Shown here: positions 23,699-32,000 of the stretch, one piece after another
How the letters are laid out: each line of letters begins with the position of its first letter
Numbering within the stretch: position 1 is the first letter of the stretch
Assembly: GCA_964606775.1 (NCBI GenBank)
Contig: CAZSGW010000004.1
Coordinates: 11,337 to 43,336, forward strand
Source: Candidatus Woesearchaeota archaeon
GTDB taxonomy: Archaea > Nanobdellota > Nanobdellia > Pacearchaeales > GW2011-AR1
Length of the DNA: 32,000 bases
Direction of reading: 5' to 3'
The notes under the pieces: model-generated
What the model was told of the DNA's origin: nothing
Database searches by the model: none
Seen by the model: only the letters and a program-made list of their open reading frames with translations
Position numbers and translations under genes: made by a program

Positions 23699-26600
23699 TT
23701 ATTTTTTCTTTATTTTAAGGTTTTTATCCTTATCTTTTTTTAACAAAACATAAACAATTAAAATAACCCCTATCGTAGCAATTAAACTTATCCAATTAAA
23801 GAAAGGCAATTCAACCTGAGCAGGACACACATGACTACTCTCCCCTGACTTACAAGCTAAATAATTCTCGTTAGTTGGATTTGGAGTTGCTTCTTCATTC
23901 CAATTCCAAATTGCATCCCATGAATAAGTTAACTTACCATCATCTTCACAAGTATCATCACTATTTTCATTATACGTACAAGTTCCCAAAGCTTCCCCGC
24001 CTTCATCCATAACTTCATACTTTGGACTACATTCGCTTAAACTCTCATTCCAAAAACAACTACAACTTACCCCATCTTCCCCACAAGTTATTCCAGGGGT
24101 ATTTTGTTCAACACTATTTTTACCTTCTCCACAGTTATTTGCATTACAAGTTTCTTCGATAGTATGGTCTGAGCAATAATTTATTCCTGCACAAACAACA
24201 CTTTCATCCTCAACACTCAATAGTTCACTTTCCTCACCCATAGAAATAAAACAATATCCTTTAGGTTCTTCATCATCATTACTCGGATTTGCAACATTCC
24301 ATGTTAAAGTAGCACTATTTCCATCAAAAGTGAAACCATCATCTTGATTATAAGATTTTATAAAATCATCTCCTCCTCCTCCACAATCGTTTGTTCCATC
24401 TTTTTCAAATATTGTTGCAAACGCTGACATCCCATTACATTTATCATTACCATTAATAATTAATTCAATTTCATTTCCAGCAATAGCGGGATTTGTGCCC
24501 CATTCAACAGACTCAATTGTGCAGGGATCCAACCCATATTCAACATCTAAAACAGGACTTTCCTGCTCATCTTCACTCGAGTCTTTAACATAGAATTTAT
24601 ACTTTCCACCATTGCTAATCAAATAATCTGCACTAACAGAACCATCCTTGATTTCTCCTTCGATTGTATCATAAAGACTATAGGAAGAAAATAATCCTCC
24701 ACTCTTTCTATATATTTTAAATTGTTTGTTTGTCGTTTCGTAATTAGCATCACACATATTATACAAACATTCACTTTCACCAAATCCATCACAACTCGCT
24801 GCTACACATTCCTGTTTTCCAGTATTATATTCACACCAATTAGCCCCATTACATTCACTTTCATCCAGGATTTCCCCACAGGATTTATAAGAACAATAGT
24901 TTTCCTCTGATATCCAGATGCAACCATCTTTATTATTACATGCATCAACACCTGAGATAGCACAAGTGTAGGCTCCAAATTTCGCATCAACTTCTCCACT
25001 ACAAAATTCAAACTCTCTACTTGATTTTAACGAACTATCACTTAAAAATGTTTTAATCGGAATCTCCTCCCTTCCCTGGTTTTCAAGATTATCAATACTA
25101 TCCATTGTATCTGGATTTGCCCAGAACGCATCAGGGGATGTCGTTTCGTAATTAGCATCACACATATTATACAAACATTCACTTTCACCAAATCCATCAC
25201 AACTCGCTGCTACACATTCCTGTTTTCCAGTATTATATTCACACCAATTAGCCCCATTACATTCACTTTCATCCAGGATTTCCCCACAGGATTTATAAGA
25301 ACAATAGTTTTCCTCTGATATCCAGATGCAACCATCTTTATTATTACATGCATCAACACCTGAGATAGCACAAGTGTAGGCTCCAAATTTCGCATCAACT
25401 TCTCCACTACAAAATTCAAACTCTCTACTTGATTTTAACGAACTATCACTTAAAAATGTTTTAATCGGAATCTCCTCCCTTCCCTGGTTTTCAAGATTAT
25501 CAATACTATCCATTGTATCTGGATTTGCCCAGAACGCATCAGGGGATGAAGTAGTACATATATTATTTATACATGTCTCTCCAGAACCACAATTACTTGT
25601 ATCTGAAGAAGTACATTCTACCCACGAACATTCATCATAAACGTCACACACATCAGGATTACTCAATTCACCACAAGTATTAACATTTAACATACACTCA
25701 CCCGATTCATATGTACAAATCTCCTCATCTTCACAACAATAATAACTATCTGTATCACCGCAATCACACTCTTGTCCCTGAACAAGTGTTCCAGCACATA
25801 AACCTTCATCATAACACTTATAATTTTCACAAAATTGGTTCGCTCCACAATCACTGTCCTCTTCGCAATCTACAAAACGGTTTCCACCACAAACTTCCTC
25901 ATGACCATCACTATCAACATCAAATTTAGAATAACACCCTCCATCATAATAACACTTTCCATCAGGACAACTATCATCTAATGCCCAGACCGCTCCATGA
26001 CAATAAACATCACTTCCATCTATTGTTGCTTTAGTTCCTGAAGAATAACACACTCCCTCATTAACACAATATCTTGAAGAGTCACAACAAGCCTTATCGT
26101 TAGAATCAGAATTACATCCAGAATCCTCGGAACAAATCTTAGATTTATAATTATCTTCACCACATTGCATTATAAGAAACTCCTCCCCTGCTCCCTCTCC
26201 AAAATAACTGTCAAGTTCTTCCCGAGTCAAAACTTTTCGAGCAACCATAAATTGTTTATCATCACCAGAAAACCCGATTCCTACACTTCTCTCGTTGCTA
26301 CCTGTACCACAATCATAAACACTAGTTGATAACTCCGTTGAAGCTAACATGTCTAAATAATAAACTCCCGGAGAGATAACCTCACTATTATCAATTCCCT
26401 CACCTCCATCTTCTACTTCTTTCTCTAAATACACATCTGGATTCTCTTCATGCTTTATTTCATAATCTTCATCAACTTCATAAAGAAACGCTTCTAAGTA
26501 ACCATTATTCATTTGTTTTATTTGAAAAGAATCAATTTTCTCCTCCACATAGAGTATACCTCCAATAAGAACATCCTTACCTTTTACAACCTCAAAGTTA

Positions 26601-26851
26601 TTCGTTAAATAATATCCTTCTTCAGGCTCCTCTTTAAATTTCTTAATGTGAGATGAAGAAAAACTTTCAAACGACCCCCCAGAAGGAGGATACATACAGC
26701 TATCGCTTTCTATTTTTTTCAACCCAAAATCATAACCTGAACAATCTTCAGGAGAACAATATTTATACTCATAACTTGCAGAACTCACAAACCCAAAACT
26801 ACTAACTAATAGAACACCTAATAATAAGATTATCAACACTCTTTTTTCCAT
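23699..26851 (-). CDS. Very large Cys-rich surface protein with signal peptide and C-terminal TM anchor
   Basis: It has a signal peptide (MEKRVLIILLLGVLLVSSFGFVSSA) and dozens of Cys in recurring C-x-C / DC..G..C patterns. It ends in a TM helix (WISLIATIGVILIVYVLL) and a KKDKDKNLKIKKK tail. It contains an exact 136-aa tandem repeat. Confidence 0.8.
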   Translation of the reverse strand: MEKRVLIILLLGVLLVSSFGFVSSASYEYKYCSPEDCSGYDFGLKKIESDSCMYPPSGGSFESFSSSHIKKFKEEPEEGYYLTNNFEVVKGKDVLIGGILYVEEKIDSFQIKQMNNGYLEAFLYEVDEDYEIKHEENPDVYLEKEVEDGGEGIDNSEVISPGVYYLDMLASTELSTSVYDCGTGSNERSVGIGFSGDDKQFMVARKVLTREELDSYFGEGAGEEFLIMQCGEDNYKSKICSEDSGCNSDSNDKACCDSSRYCVNEGVCYSSGTKATIDGSDVYCHGAVWALDDSCPDGKCYYDGGCYSKFDVDSDGHEEVCGGNRFVDCEEDSDCGANQFCENYKCYDEGLCAGTLVQGQECDCGDTDSYYCCEDEEICTYESGECMLNVNTCGELSNPDVCDVYDECSWVECTSSDTSNCGSGETCINNICTTSSPDAFWANPDTMDSIDNLENQGREEIPIKTFLSDSSLKSSREFEFCSGEVDAKFGAYTCAISGVDACNNKDGCIWISEENYCSYKSCGEILDESECNGANWCEYNTGKQECVAASCDGFGESECLYNMCDANYETTSPDAFWANPDTMDSIDNLENQGREEIPIKTFLSDSSLKSSREFEFCSGEVDAKFGAYTCAISGVDACNNKDGCIWISEENYCSYKSCGEILDESECNGANWCEYNTGKQECVAASCDGFGESECLYNMCDANYETTNKQFKIYRKSGGLFSSYSLYDTIEGEIKDGSVSADYLISNGGKYKFYVKDSSEDEQESPVLDVEYGLDPCTIESVEWGTNPAIAGNEIELIINGNDKCNGMSAFATIFEKDGTNDCGGGGDDFIKSYNQDDGFTFDGNSATLTWNVANPSNDDEEPKGYCFISMGEESELLSVEDESVVCAGINYCSDHTIEETCNANNCGEGKNSVEQNTPGITCGEDGVSCSCFWNESLSECSPKYEVMDEGGEALGTCTYNENSDDTCEDDGKLTYSWDAIWNWNEEATPNPTNENYLACKSGESSHVCPAQVELPFFNWISLIATIGVILIVYVLLKKDKDKNLKIKKK
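24731..25548. repeat. Perfect tandem direct repeat, period 408 bp, about 2.0 copies, in-frame inside the Cys-rich gene
   Basis: By eye, 24731-25138 is identical base for base to 25139-25546, and the TG microhomology recurs at 25547-25548. The track also shows two identical 69-aa antisense-frame ORFs exactly 408 nt apart (24802-25011, 25210-25419). Confidence 0.95.
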
Positions 26852-26872
26852 AACTTAATCAATTTTTTTCCA

Positions 26873-26880
26873 TTTATAAA
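26873..26880 (-). promoter_or_regulatory. TATA box (TTTATAAA) for the Cys-rich surface protein gene
   Basis: This palindromic octamer is centred about 25 nt upstream of the ATG at 26851 and no SD is present. Confidence 0.5.
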
Positions 26881-26914
26881 TATTTCTTAATTCTTCGAAT
26901 CTATTAAATTACAC

Positions 26915-28324
26915 TTAACCTTTAACAACACTCAAGGGTTTTAATCTAGCAACTTTCTTTGCAATTCCAACTTCATCAACAACTTTAACAACTTCTTCAA
27001 TATCTTTGTAAACTTCCGGAGCTTCTTCAGAAAGAGATTTCATACTCCCCGATTTAACTTCAATTCCCTTACAACATAATCCTTCTTTCACTTCTTCACC
27101 CTTAATACTTTTAATTGCATTAGCCCTACTCTTAACTCTTCCAGCTCCATGAACACAACTTCCAAAAGTCAGTTCTTCAGCTTTAGAAGTCCCAGCTAAA
27201 ACATAAGATGAAGTCCCCATTGAACCAGGAATTAAAACTGGCTGACCAACTTTCCTATATGCTAAAGGAATCTCTTTCCGTCCAGGACCAAAAGCACGAG
27301 TAGCACCTTTTCTATGAACGCAAACTTCCTTCTTCTTTCCATCAACCAAGTGCTCTTCAAACTTTGCAATGTTGTGACAAACATCATAAACTACGCCAAT
27401 ATCAACATTAGGAAAAAGATATCTCATCTCTTCCCTAACCCAATGAGTAATTAATTGCTTATTTGCAAAAGCAAAATTAACGGCACAACACATAGCAGAA
27501 TAATAGTCCTTCCCCAATGAACTTTTAATTGGAGCATTAATTAATTCTCTATCTGGCAAATTCCTAATCCCATATTCTTTTTCCATTTTCTTAATATAGT
27601 CTGAAGCAACCTGATGTCCCAACCCCCTAGAACCACAATGAATCATTATAACTGCTTGATTTTTTTTCAAACCAAAAGCCTTAGCAATCTTAGAATCAAA
27701 AATTTCATCCACATAAAGAACTTCCAAAAAATGATTTCCTGCACCAAGAGTTCCAACCTGTCCAATACCTCTCCGAATAGCTTTCTCAGAAACTTTTGAA
27801 ACATCCGCTTCTTTCATACAACCTTCCTCTTCAGTATTCAAATAATCTTCCTTAACGCCATAACCTTTCTCAACAATAAACTTAGCACCCTTCTCCAATA
27901 AATTCATAAAATCTCTTTTACCTATTTGAAACGGACTTCCTCTTCCAACTCCTGAAGGAATTTTTCTATACAAACTTTCAGTAACTTCTTTTTTCTTACT
28001 TTCAATATCCTTTCGAGTTAGATTCGTTTTCAACAATCTCACAGAACAATTAATATCATAACCTACACCTCCTGGGGAAATAACTCCTTCGTCCAAATCA
28101 AAAGCTGCCACACCTCCTATTGGAAAACCATAACCTTGATGAGCATCTGCTAAAGCAATTGAGTTTTTCAAAATCCCGGGCAAACACGCAACATTCTTTA
28201 TCTGCTCCAAAGTTTTATCTTCCTTAATAGCTTCCATTAACTTCTCAGAAGCATAAATTCTCGCAGGAACTTTCATACATTTTTCTCTTTCAATTTCATA
28301 CACATTTTTTGAAATTTTTTTCAT
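26915..28324 (-). CDS. rtcB: RtcB RNA 3'-phosphate ligase (tRNA-splicing ligase)
   Basis: Conserved blocks are GGVGYDINCSVR, GAGNHFLE, HCGSRGLGHQV, CHNIA, HRKGATRAF, IPGSMGTSSYVL and HGAGR. No intein-sized insertion is present. Confidence 0.9.
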   Translation of the reverse strand: MKKISKNVYEIEREKCMKVPARIYASEKLMEAIKEDKTLEQIKNVACLPGILKNSIALADAHQGYGFPIGGVAAFDLDEGVISPGGVGYDINCSVRLLKTNLTRKDIESKKKEVTESLYRKIPSGVGRGSPFQIGKRDFMNLLEKGAKFIVEKGYGVKEDYLNTEEEGCMKEADVSKVSEKAIRRGIGQVGTLGAGNHFLEVLYVDEIFDSKIAKAFGLKKNQAVIMIHCGSRGLGHQVASDYIKKMEKEYGIRNLPDRELINAPIKSSLGKDYYSAMCCAVNFAFANKQLITHWVREEMRYLFPNVDIGVVYDVCHNIAKFEEHLVDGKKKEVCVHRKGATRAFGPGRKEIPLAYRKVGQPVLIPGSMGTSSYVLAGTSKAEELTFGSCVHGAGRVKSRANAIKSIKGEEVKEGLCCKGIEVKSGSMKSLSEEAPEVYKDIEEVVKVVDEVGIAKKVARLKPLSVVKG

Positions 28325-28728
28325 ACATCAACAACCACCTGGCTAACCCATTTATCCTTTATTTTTTTAACAAACATTTCATTATAAGTTATTGCCTTTA
28401 CATGCGAATTCTCATAATCGCTTGAATTGTCTCCCAAAACTTCAGCATCTATTTTAAAATTTTTCTTATCAAACTTCAAACTAACAATCTTGGATAAAAT
28501 AAAATTATCTGAATCAAAGAGAACTAAAAACTCTTCCAAAAATCCATACATCAAACCTTCAAAATCATTTCCTCCCACTTTAATCTTCTTTTTTTTCTTG
28601 CCCTTGATTTTATCTTCTGAAATAATTTTCTTCAAAGCTAAAGCCGAATTAATAAAAATCTCTCGCGGAGACTTTCCGTAAGCTCTAAACTTTATATCTG
28701 CCGTATGTTTTAAAAACCTAAATTTCAT
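28321..28728 (-). CDS. Archease (RtcB activator)
   Basis: Contains MKFRFLKHTADIKFRAYG at the N-terminus and KAITYNEM near the C-terminus. There are ATGA overlaps at both ends (28725-28728 and 28321-28324). The track start at 28740 would add 4 residues. Confidence 0.8.
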   Translation of the reverse strand: MKFRFLKHTADIKFRAYGKSPREIFINSALALKKIISEDKIKGKKKKKIKVGGNDFEGLMYGFLEEFLVLFDSDNFILSKIVSLKFDKKNFKIDAEVLGDNSSDYENSHVKAITYNEMFVKKIKDKWVSQVVVDV

Positions 28729-29189
28729 TTTTCCCAACAAAATAATTTTAATTGCCTTGGTTCATATTTATTCAAACTAGCAAGAATAGGAACACTCTTA
28801 ACATAAATATCTTTGTCTTCCAAATCACTTTCCAAAAAGCACTCAGATTTTAATGGACAAATTTTTGATACGCATTCCAAATAACTCGGTTTATCTTCTT
28901 CTATTTTATTCTTTACATTCAATGGAAAATTATCTTTGCTTGAATTGACAGGCATTTCCGATTCCATAATCTCTGCTCTTAAAGAATCGTTCATTTGAAT
29001 TCCTTTCAAAACCGCAACCTCTTCTTCAAAAATTTTTTCTAGTTGATCATTTCCTAAATCCGAACTATCATCAACCAATATCATTAGGACTGTTGCAATC
29101 AATAAAATACCCATAAAGGCTTCAACGATTCTTATCCACGCTTTACGATTTCTCGAGGGAAAATTATTCCCGAAAAATTTGTTTACCAT
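28725..29189 (-). CDS. Pilin-like / pilus accessory protein with an N-terminal hydrophobic helix
   Basis: SRNRKAWIRIVEAFMGILLIATVLMILV resembles a class III signal peptide followed by a pilin helix. It lies downstream of the T2SSF platform genes. Confidence 0.4.
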   Translation of the reverse strand: MVNKFFGNNFPSRNRKAWIRIVEAFMGILLIATVLMILVDDSSDLGNDQLEKIFEEEVAVLKGIQMNDSLRAEIMESEMPVNSSKDNFPLNVKNKIEEDKPSYLECVSKICPLKSECFLESDLEDKDIYVKSVPILASLNKYEPRQLKLFCWEK

Positions 29190-29869
29190 ACTCTTATCCT
29201 TAACCTTCCAATATTTATTTTAGCATTTTCATCAAAATATGTTACCGGAATTTCTTCAGAATAAATACTTGTAGAAGCCTCTTCGGATTCAAAACCTATA
29301 GATTCACCCGAACTATTGTAGAACATAAAATCAAATTCATTCTCTTGTATTCCAAATTCAATCTTTAATTTTTTATAGTTCTTTGTCCCTTGGTTTATGT
29401 AATCAATTAATTCCTTTATTTTAGAAACCATAATGTATTCATCGCTTCGAACTAATCCATAATCGTAATTTTTTTCTAGCGTAGATTCACAACCACTAGC
29501 ATCAAGATTGTTCAAATATTCTTTTGTAGAATATACTTTTACCAGGTTCGCACTTCCATCTATGTTGTTTGTAGCTCCCGAACCTACAATATTTCCATCA
29601 AAATCTTTCGCAATAAAATTCTTTCCAGAAAGCCCTATCTCTTTTAAACTAATACAACCTCCACTCATCCCTGCTGTTTCGAGAGTAGTCAATTTTACAT
29701 TTCCAGTAACATTTTCAATAATATTTCTTTGGACGTGTTCCAGAAGAGGCTCTTTCTCCTGTTTAACTTTAGTAGGAGATTCTAACACCGAATAAATAAA
29801 AACAATAAAGGTTATAAAAATTACAAAAGATAAAACAACTCCAACATGTGATGCTCTTTTATTTCTCAT
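29183..29869 (-). CDS. Pilin-like protein (class III signal peptide candidate)
   Basis: The internal ATG at 29869 gives MRNKRA|SHVGVVLSFVIFITFIVFIYSVL and lies 1 nt after the upstream stop. The track start at 29908 would overlap the upstream gene by 38 nt. Confidence 0.4.
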   Translation of the reverse strand: MRNKRASHVGVVLSFVIFITFIVFIYSVLESPTKVKQEKEPLLEHVQRNIIENVTGNVKLTTLETAGMSGGCISLKEIGLSGKNFIAKDFDGNIVGSGATNNIDGSANLVKVYSTKEYLNNLDASGCESTLEKNYDYGLVRSDEYIMVSKIKELIDYINQGTKNYKKLKIEFGIQENEFDFMFYNSSGESIGFESEEASTSIYSEEIPVTYFDENAKINIGRLRIRVW

Positions 29870-29870
29870 T

Positions 29871-30710
29871 TTAAGCTCCAAAAAATGCGTTTGCTCCCGC
29901 GGATACAATAAATGAAATGAACATTAACGCAAATGAATGTTTTATCCCACTTTTAATACTCCCTTCAGCTAATTTACCAATTGTTAATCCGCTAAAAAAA
30001 CCTTGAATTAAAAGCAAGTTCAAAAAAGAATTTGCAATTTCTTGCTGGTCGAAACCTGCTCCTGCCGAGACTCCTGATGCTCCTCCGAGACTTCCTACAT
30101 TTGCAATACCAGAAATCATGGGCAATATTTGAAATTGCATAACTAAAATTATAATCATAAAAACTACAAAAATAATATATCCTTGAACAACCAGGGTTGA
30201 AATTGCCGCCTTTCTCTCTTTCTTCAATTTGTCCGACATACTAACTGCTTCTGCAACTGATTCCAAAATTTCTCCAATATCTCCTCCAGCTCTCTCTGCT
30301 TGCCCAATTAAAGTAATCGCTCTAGAAACCGTTTTATTGTTAACATCTTTTGCAAAAGTTTGCAGAGATTTTATTAAAGGAATACCCATAGAAATTTGGT
30401 TTGCTAACTTCTTAATATGTGGGCTCAAGACACCAAAAGGTTTGTTTCTTACATTTATGATGCTCTTACTTATTGGAGAACCCATCTTAACACTTTCAAC
30501 TAAGTTTCTTGCGAACTCCAAAAACATTTCCTCTTTCTCATTACTTACTTTACCCTCCTTAATAACTTGCAAGATAAACGGCGCAACACCTACAATAATT
30601 CCAATCCCAAAAATAAGAATAAAAACTGAACTATTCATAAATAGCAAAGATAATAAAATTATTCCAAGCCCAATTCCAATCCAGATTAAATAAGATTTTT
30701 TAAATTCCAT
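29871..30710 (-). CDS. T2SSF-domain membrane platform protein (TadC/FlaJ/PilC-like), single domain
   Basis: TM helices flank a cytoplasmic helical domain (FLEFARNLVESVKMGSPISKSI...LQTFAKDV...LIGQAERAGGDIGEILESVA) typical of T2SS F-type proteins. Confidence 0.7.
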   Translation of the reverse strand: MEFKKSYLIWIGIGLGIILLSLLFMNSSVFILIFGIGIIVGVAPFILQVIKEGKVSNEKEEMFLEFARNLVESVKMGSPISKSIINVRNKPFGVLSPHIKKLANQISMGIPLIKSLQTFAKDVNNKTVSRAITLIGQAERAGGDIGEILESVAEAVSMSDKLKKERKAAISTLVVQGYIIFVVFMIIILVMQFQILPMISGIANVGSLGGASGVSAGAGFDQQEIANSFLNLLLIQGFFSGLTIGKLAEGSIKSGIKHSFALMFISFIVSAGANAFFGA

Positions 30711-30711
30711 T

Positions 30712-31935
30712 TTATTTGCCCGTTTTCTTTAAATGCAAGAACACAATAAAAAATACATTTATCATACTAACCCCCAATACCATTATAAGACTAATTGCAG
30801 AAGTGCTTAGAGACAATCCCAATCCACTAATTTTCATCATCATCAATAACAACATTAAAATCATCGGAGCGGCGATAACAATACTAATGTAAATATCCAT
30901 AAATGTTTCAGCAGCTTTAGTTTCCTTTTCTCTTTGAATTCTGTGGTCGAAAAGTAATGTCTCCGCTCTTTTATCAAAGAATGCTACCAAATCCCCTCCA
31001 GAATTAATTGTTGTAGCTAAACCATTAAATAATTCTGATAGTTTTTTACTTGGACTATTAAATGCCGTAGTTCTCAAAGCACTAACTAAATCATACCCAT
31101 AAATATTTATCTCATTTATCAATTTTGTAAGCTGTTTTCTTATTGCAGGATATTCTCCTGTTTTAATCATAATTGTAAATATTTTACTTGGATTCAACAT
31201 CGAACCCGAGATAGCAGCCATATTTATAGTCGCAAAAGGCAATTCAAAATCAATTGAAGTTTCAGCCGACTTTCTTTCCAATGAAGGGTAAACATACATC
31301 ATAAGAAAGGTAGATATTGGAATAAGAATCATTATCCAAAAAGTTTTAATGAATCTCATCCCCAAATCTTCTGTCACAGGACGAACAATAGGAAATACCG
31401 CACTAAGTTTAAAGAACCAAAAGAAAATGAATATGAATAATCCGATTATTGCAAAAATAAATGTAGTCATAAAAATTGTAGAAACATAACCTTGCAATGT
31501 AAAATCCAAATTTGCTTTAAGTAAATCTCTCTCTAAAGAATCGAACGAACCTTTGTCAATTAGTTTTTTAGAAAGTTTTCCAAACATCTTATTTGAAATT
31601 CTAGAATATGTATTATCTCTTTTCCTAATTTCCTTCTTCCCTTTTTTCTTTCCTGAAGATTCCTTCAATCTTTTTAGAGTATATGCTTCCAATTCTTTTG
31701 AATCTTCTTTCTTCTTTTCGAGTTTTAATTCATCTCTCTTCGACCTCAAAGAATGTGGAACATTTGTTCTTTCTACAATCTCCAAATTTTTATCATTCAA
31801 CTTTCTTAGTGCGTGCTTTAACTCTTTAACTCTGGACTGAGTTACTCTTTCATTTCCTGAAGCAAATAATCTTTCAATTTCTGCAAGTGCTTTTCTTTCT
31901 TTCTCAATATTTTGTCTTAACTCTGTAAAATTCAT
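30712..31935 (-). CDS. T2SSF-domain membrane platform protein (TadB/FlaJ-like) with an N-terminal ~150-aa charged coiled-coil extension
   Basis: Contains ELPFATINMAAISGSMLNPSKIF...YGYDLVSALRTTAFNSPSKKLSELFNGLATTINSGGDLVAFF plus flanking TM helices. The N-terminal region is K/E-rich. Confidence 0.7.
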   Translation of the reverse strand: MNFTELRQNIEKERKALAEIERLFASGNERVTQSRVKELKHALRKLNDKNLEIVERTNVPHSLRSKRDELKLEKKKEDSKELEAYTLKRLKESSGKKKGKKEIRKRDNTYSRISNKMFGKLSKKLIDKGSFDSLERDLLKANLDFTLQGYVSTIFMTTFIFAIIGLFIFIFFWFFKLSAVFPIVRPVTEDLGMRFIKTFWIMILIPISTFLMMYVYPSLERKSAETSIDFELPFATINMAAISGSMLNPSKIFTIMIKTGEYPAIRKQLTKLINEINIYGYDLVSALRTTAFNSPSKKLSELFNGLATTINSGGDLVAFFDKRAETLLFDHRIQREKETKAAETFMDIYISIVIAAPMILMLLLMMMKISGLGLSLSTSAISLIMVLGVSMINVFFIVFLHLKKTGK

Positions 31936-32000
31936 TTTAGCATATCTTCAATTTTTTTCTGGATTTTTATAAAGAACTTTTTATTTGCATTGAATTTTTC
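31932..32000 (-). CDS. 3' end of an upstream gene (partial, 22 codons); by position possibly the secretion/pilus ATPase
   Basis: The open frame EKFNANKKFFIKIQKKIEDMLK* has its TGA overlapping the next ATG as ATGA (31932-31935). Identity cannot be determined from 22 residues. Confidence 0.3.
   Translation of the reverse strand, partial: EKFNANKKFFIKIQKKIEDMLK

Noticed and set aside
24731-25548. The 408-bp repeat as a diversity-generating retroelement TR/VR pair
   Set aside because: The copies are tandem and identical, with no adenine-specific mismatches. No reverse transcriptase gene is present in the window.
24722-25929. Track ORFs 24722-24910 (+), 24802-25011 (-), 25210-25419 (-) and 25711-25929 (+) inside the Cys-rich gene
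   Set aside because: These are alternative-frame or antisense ORFs. The two identical 69-aa ones merely reflect the 408-bp duplication and serve only as evidence for it.
27614-31840. Track ORFs 27614-27799, 28427-28681, 29508-29795, 30229-30693 and 31553-31840 (all +)
   Set aside because: They are antisense to RtcB, archease, the pilin-like gene and the T2SSF genes, all of which have motif support.
1-32000. CRISPR arrays, rRNA or tRNA genes anywhere in the window
   Set aside because: No regularly spaced short direct repeats and no GC-rich structured islands were seen in any intergenic gap, and all gaps longer than 60 bp were read on both strands. A covariance-model scan would be needed for certainty.

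Overview
This is an AT-rich, very tightly packed archaeal chromosomal segment. Archaeal identity rests on recognisable genes: proteasome beta subunit, aCPSF1/FttA, class I CCA-adding enzyme, Mre11-Rad50, RtcB-archease, a TrmB-family regulator, a presenilin-type intramembrane protease, a two-subunit 2-oxoacid:ferredoxin oxidoreductase and an Mtq2/HemK-like methyltransferase. Many stop/start overlaps (ATGA), several large Cys-rich surface proteins and a type IV pilus-like locus suggest a small-genome DPANN-like archaeon, but that assignment is inference only. I saw no rRNA, tRNA, CRISPR array, transposase or integrase. First genes of operons tend to have a TATA-like octamer about 25 nt upstream of the ATG, which looks leaderless. 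Internal genes tend to have GGAGG-type Shine-Dalgarno sites or overlap the preceding stop. The window divides into three parts. (1) Housekeeping genes span about 1-14.3 kb. (2) A cell-surface and accessory stretch spans about 14.3-26.9 kb. It holds a GTPase/DUF2073-like/Zn-ribbon triad interrupted by a pilin-like gene and preceded by a 908-aa PKD surface protein. It also holds a roughly 3.9 kb island and a 1050-aa Cys-rich protein containing a perfect in-frame 408-bp tandem duplication. The island carries a secreted protein with a Bacteroidota-style T9SS C-terminal domain, decayed gene remnants and an overlapping HEPN / extended nucleotidyltransferase / histone-fold mini-ORF module. (3) One translationally coupled minus-strand chain spans 26.9-32 kb: pilus platform, pilin-like genes, archease, RtcB. 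Also notable: the Rad50 P-loop is encoded upstream of any canonical start codon, with a GGAGG 8 nt before an in-frame ATT. All family calls come from motif recognition by eye and no database search was run.
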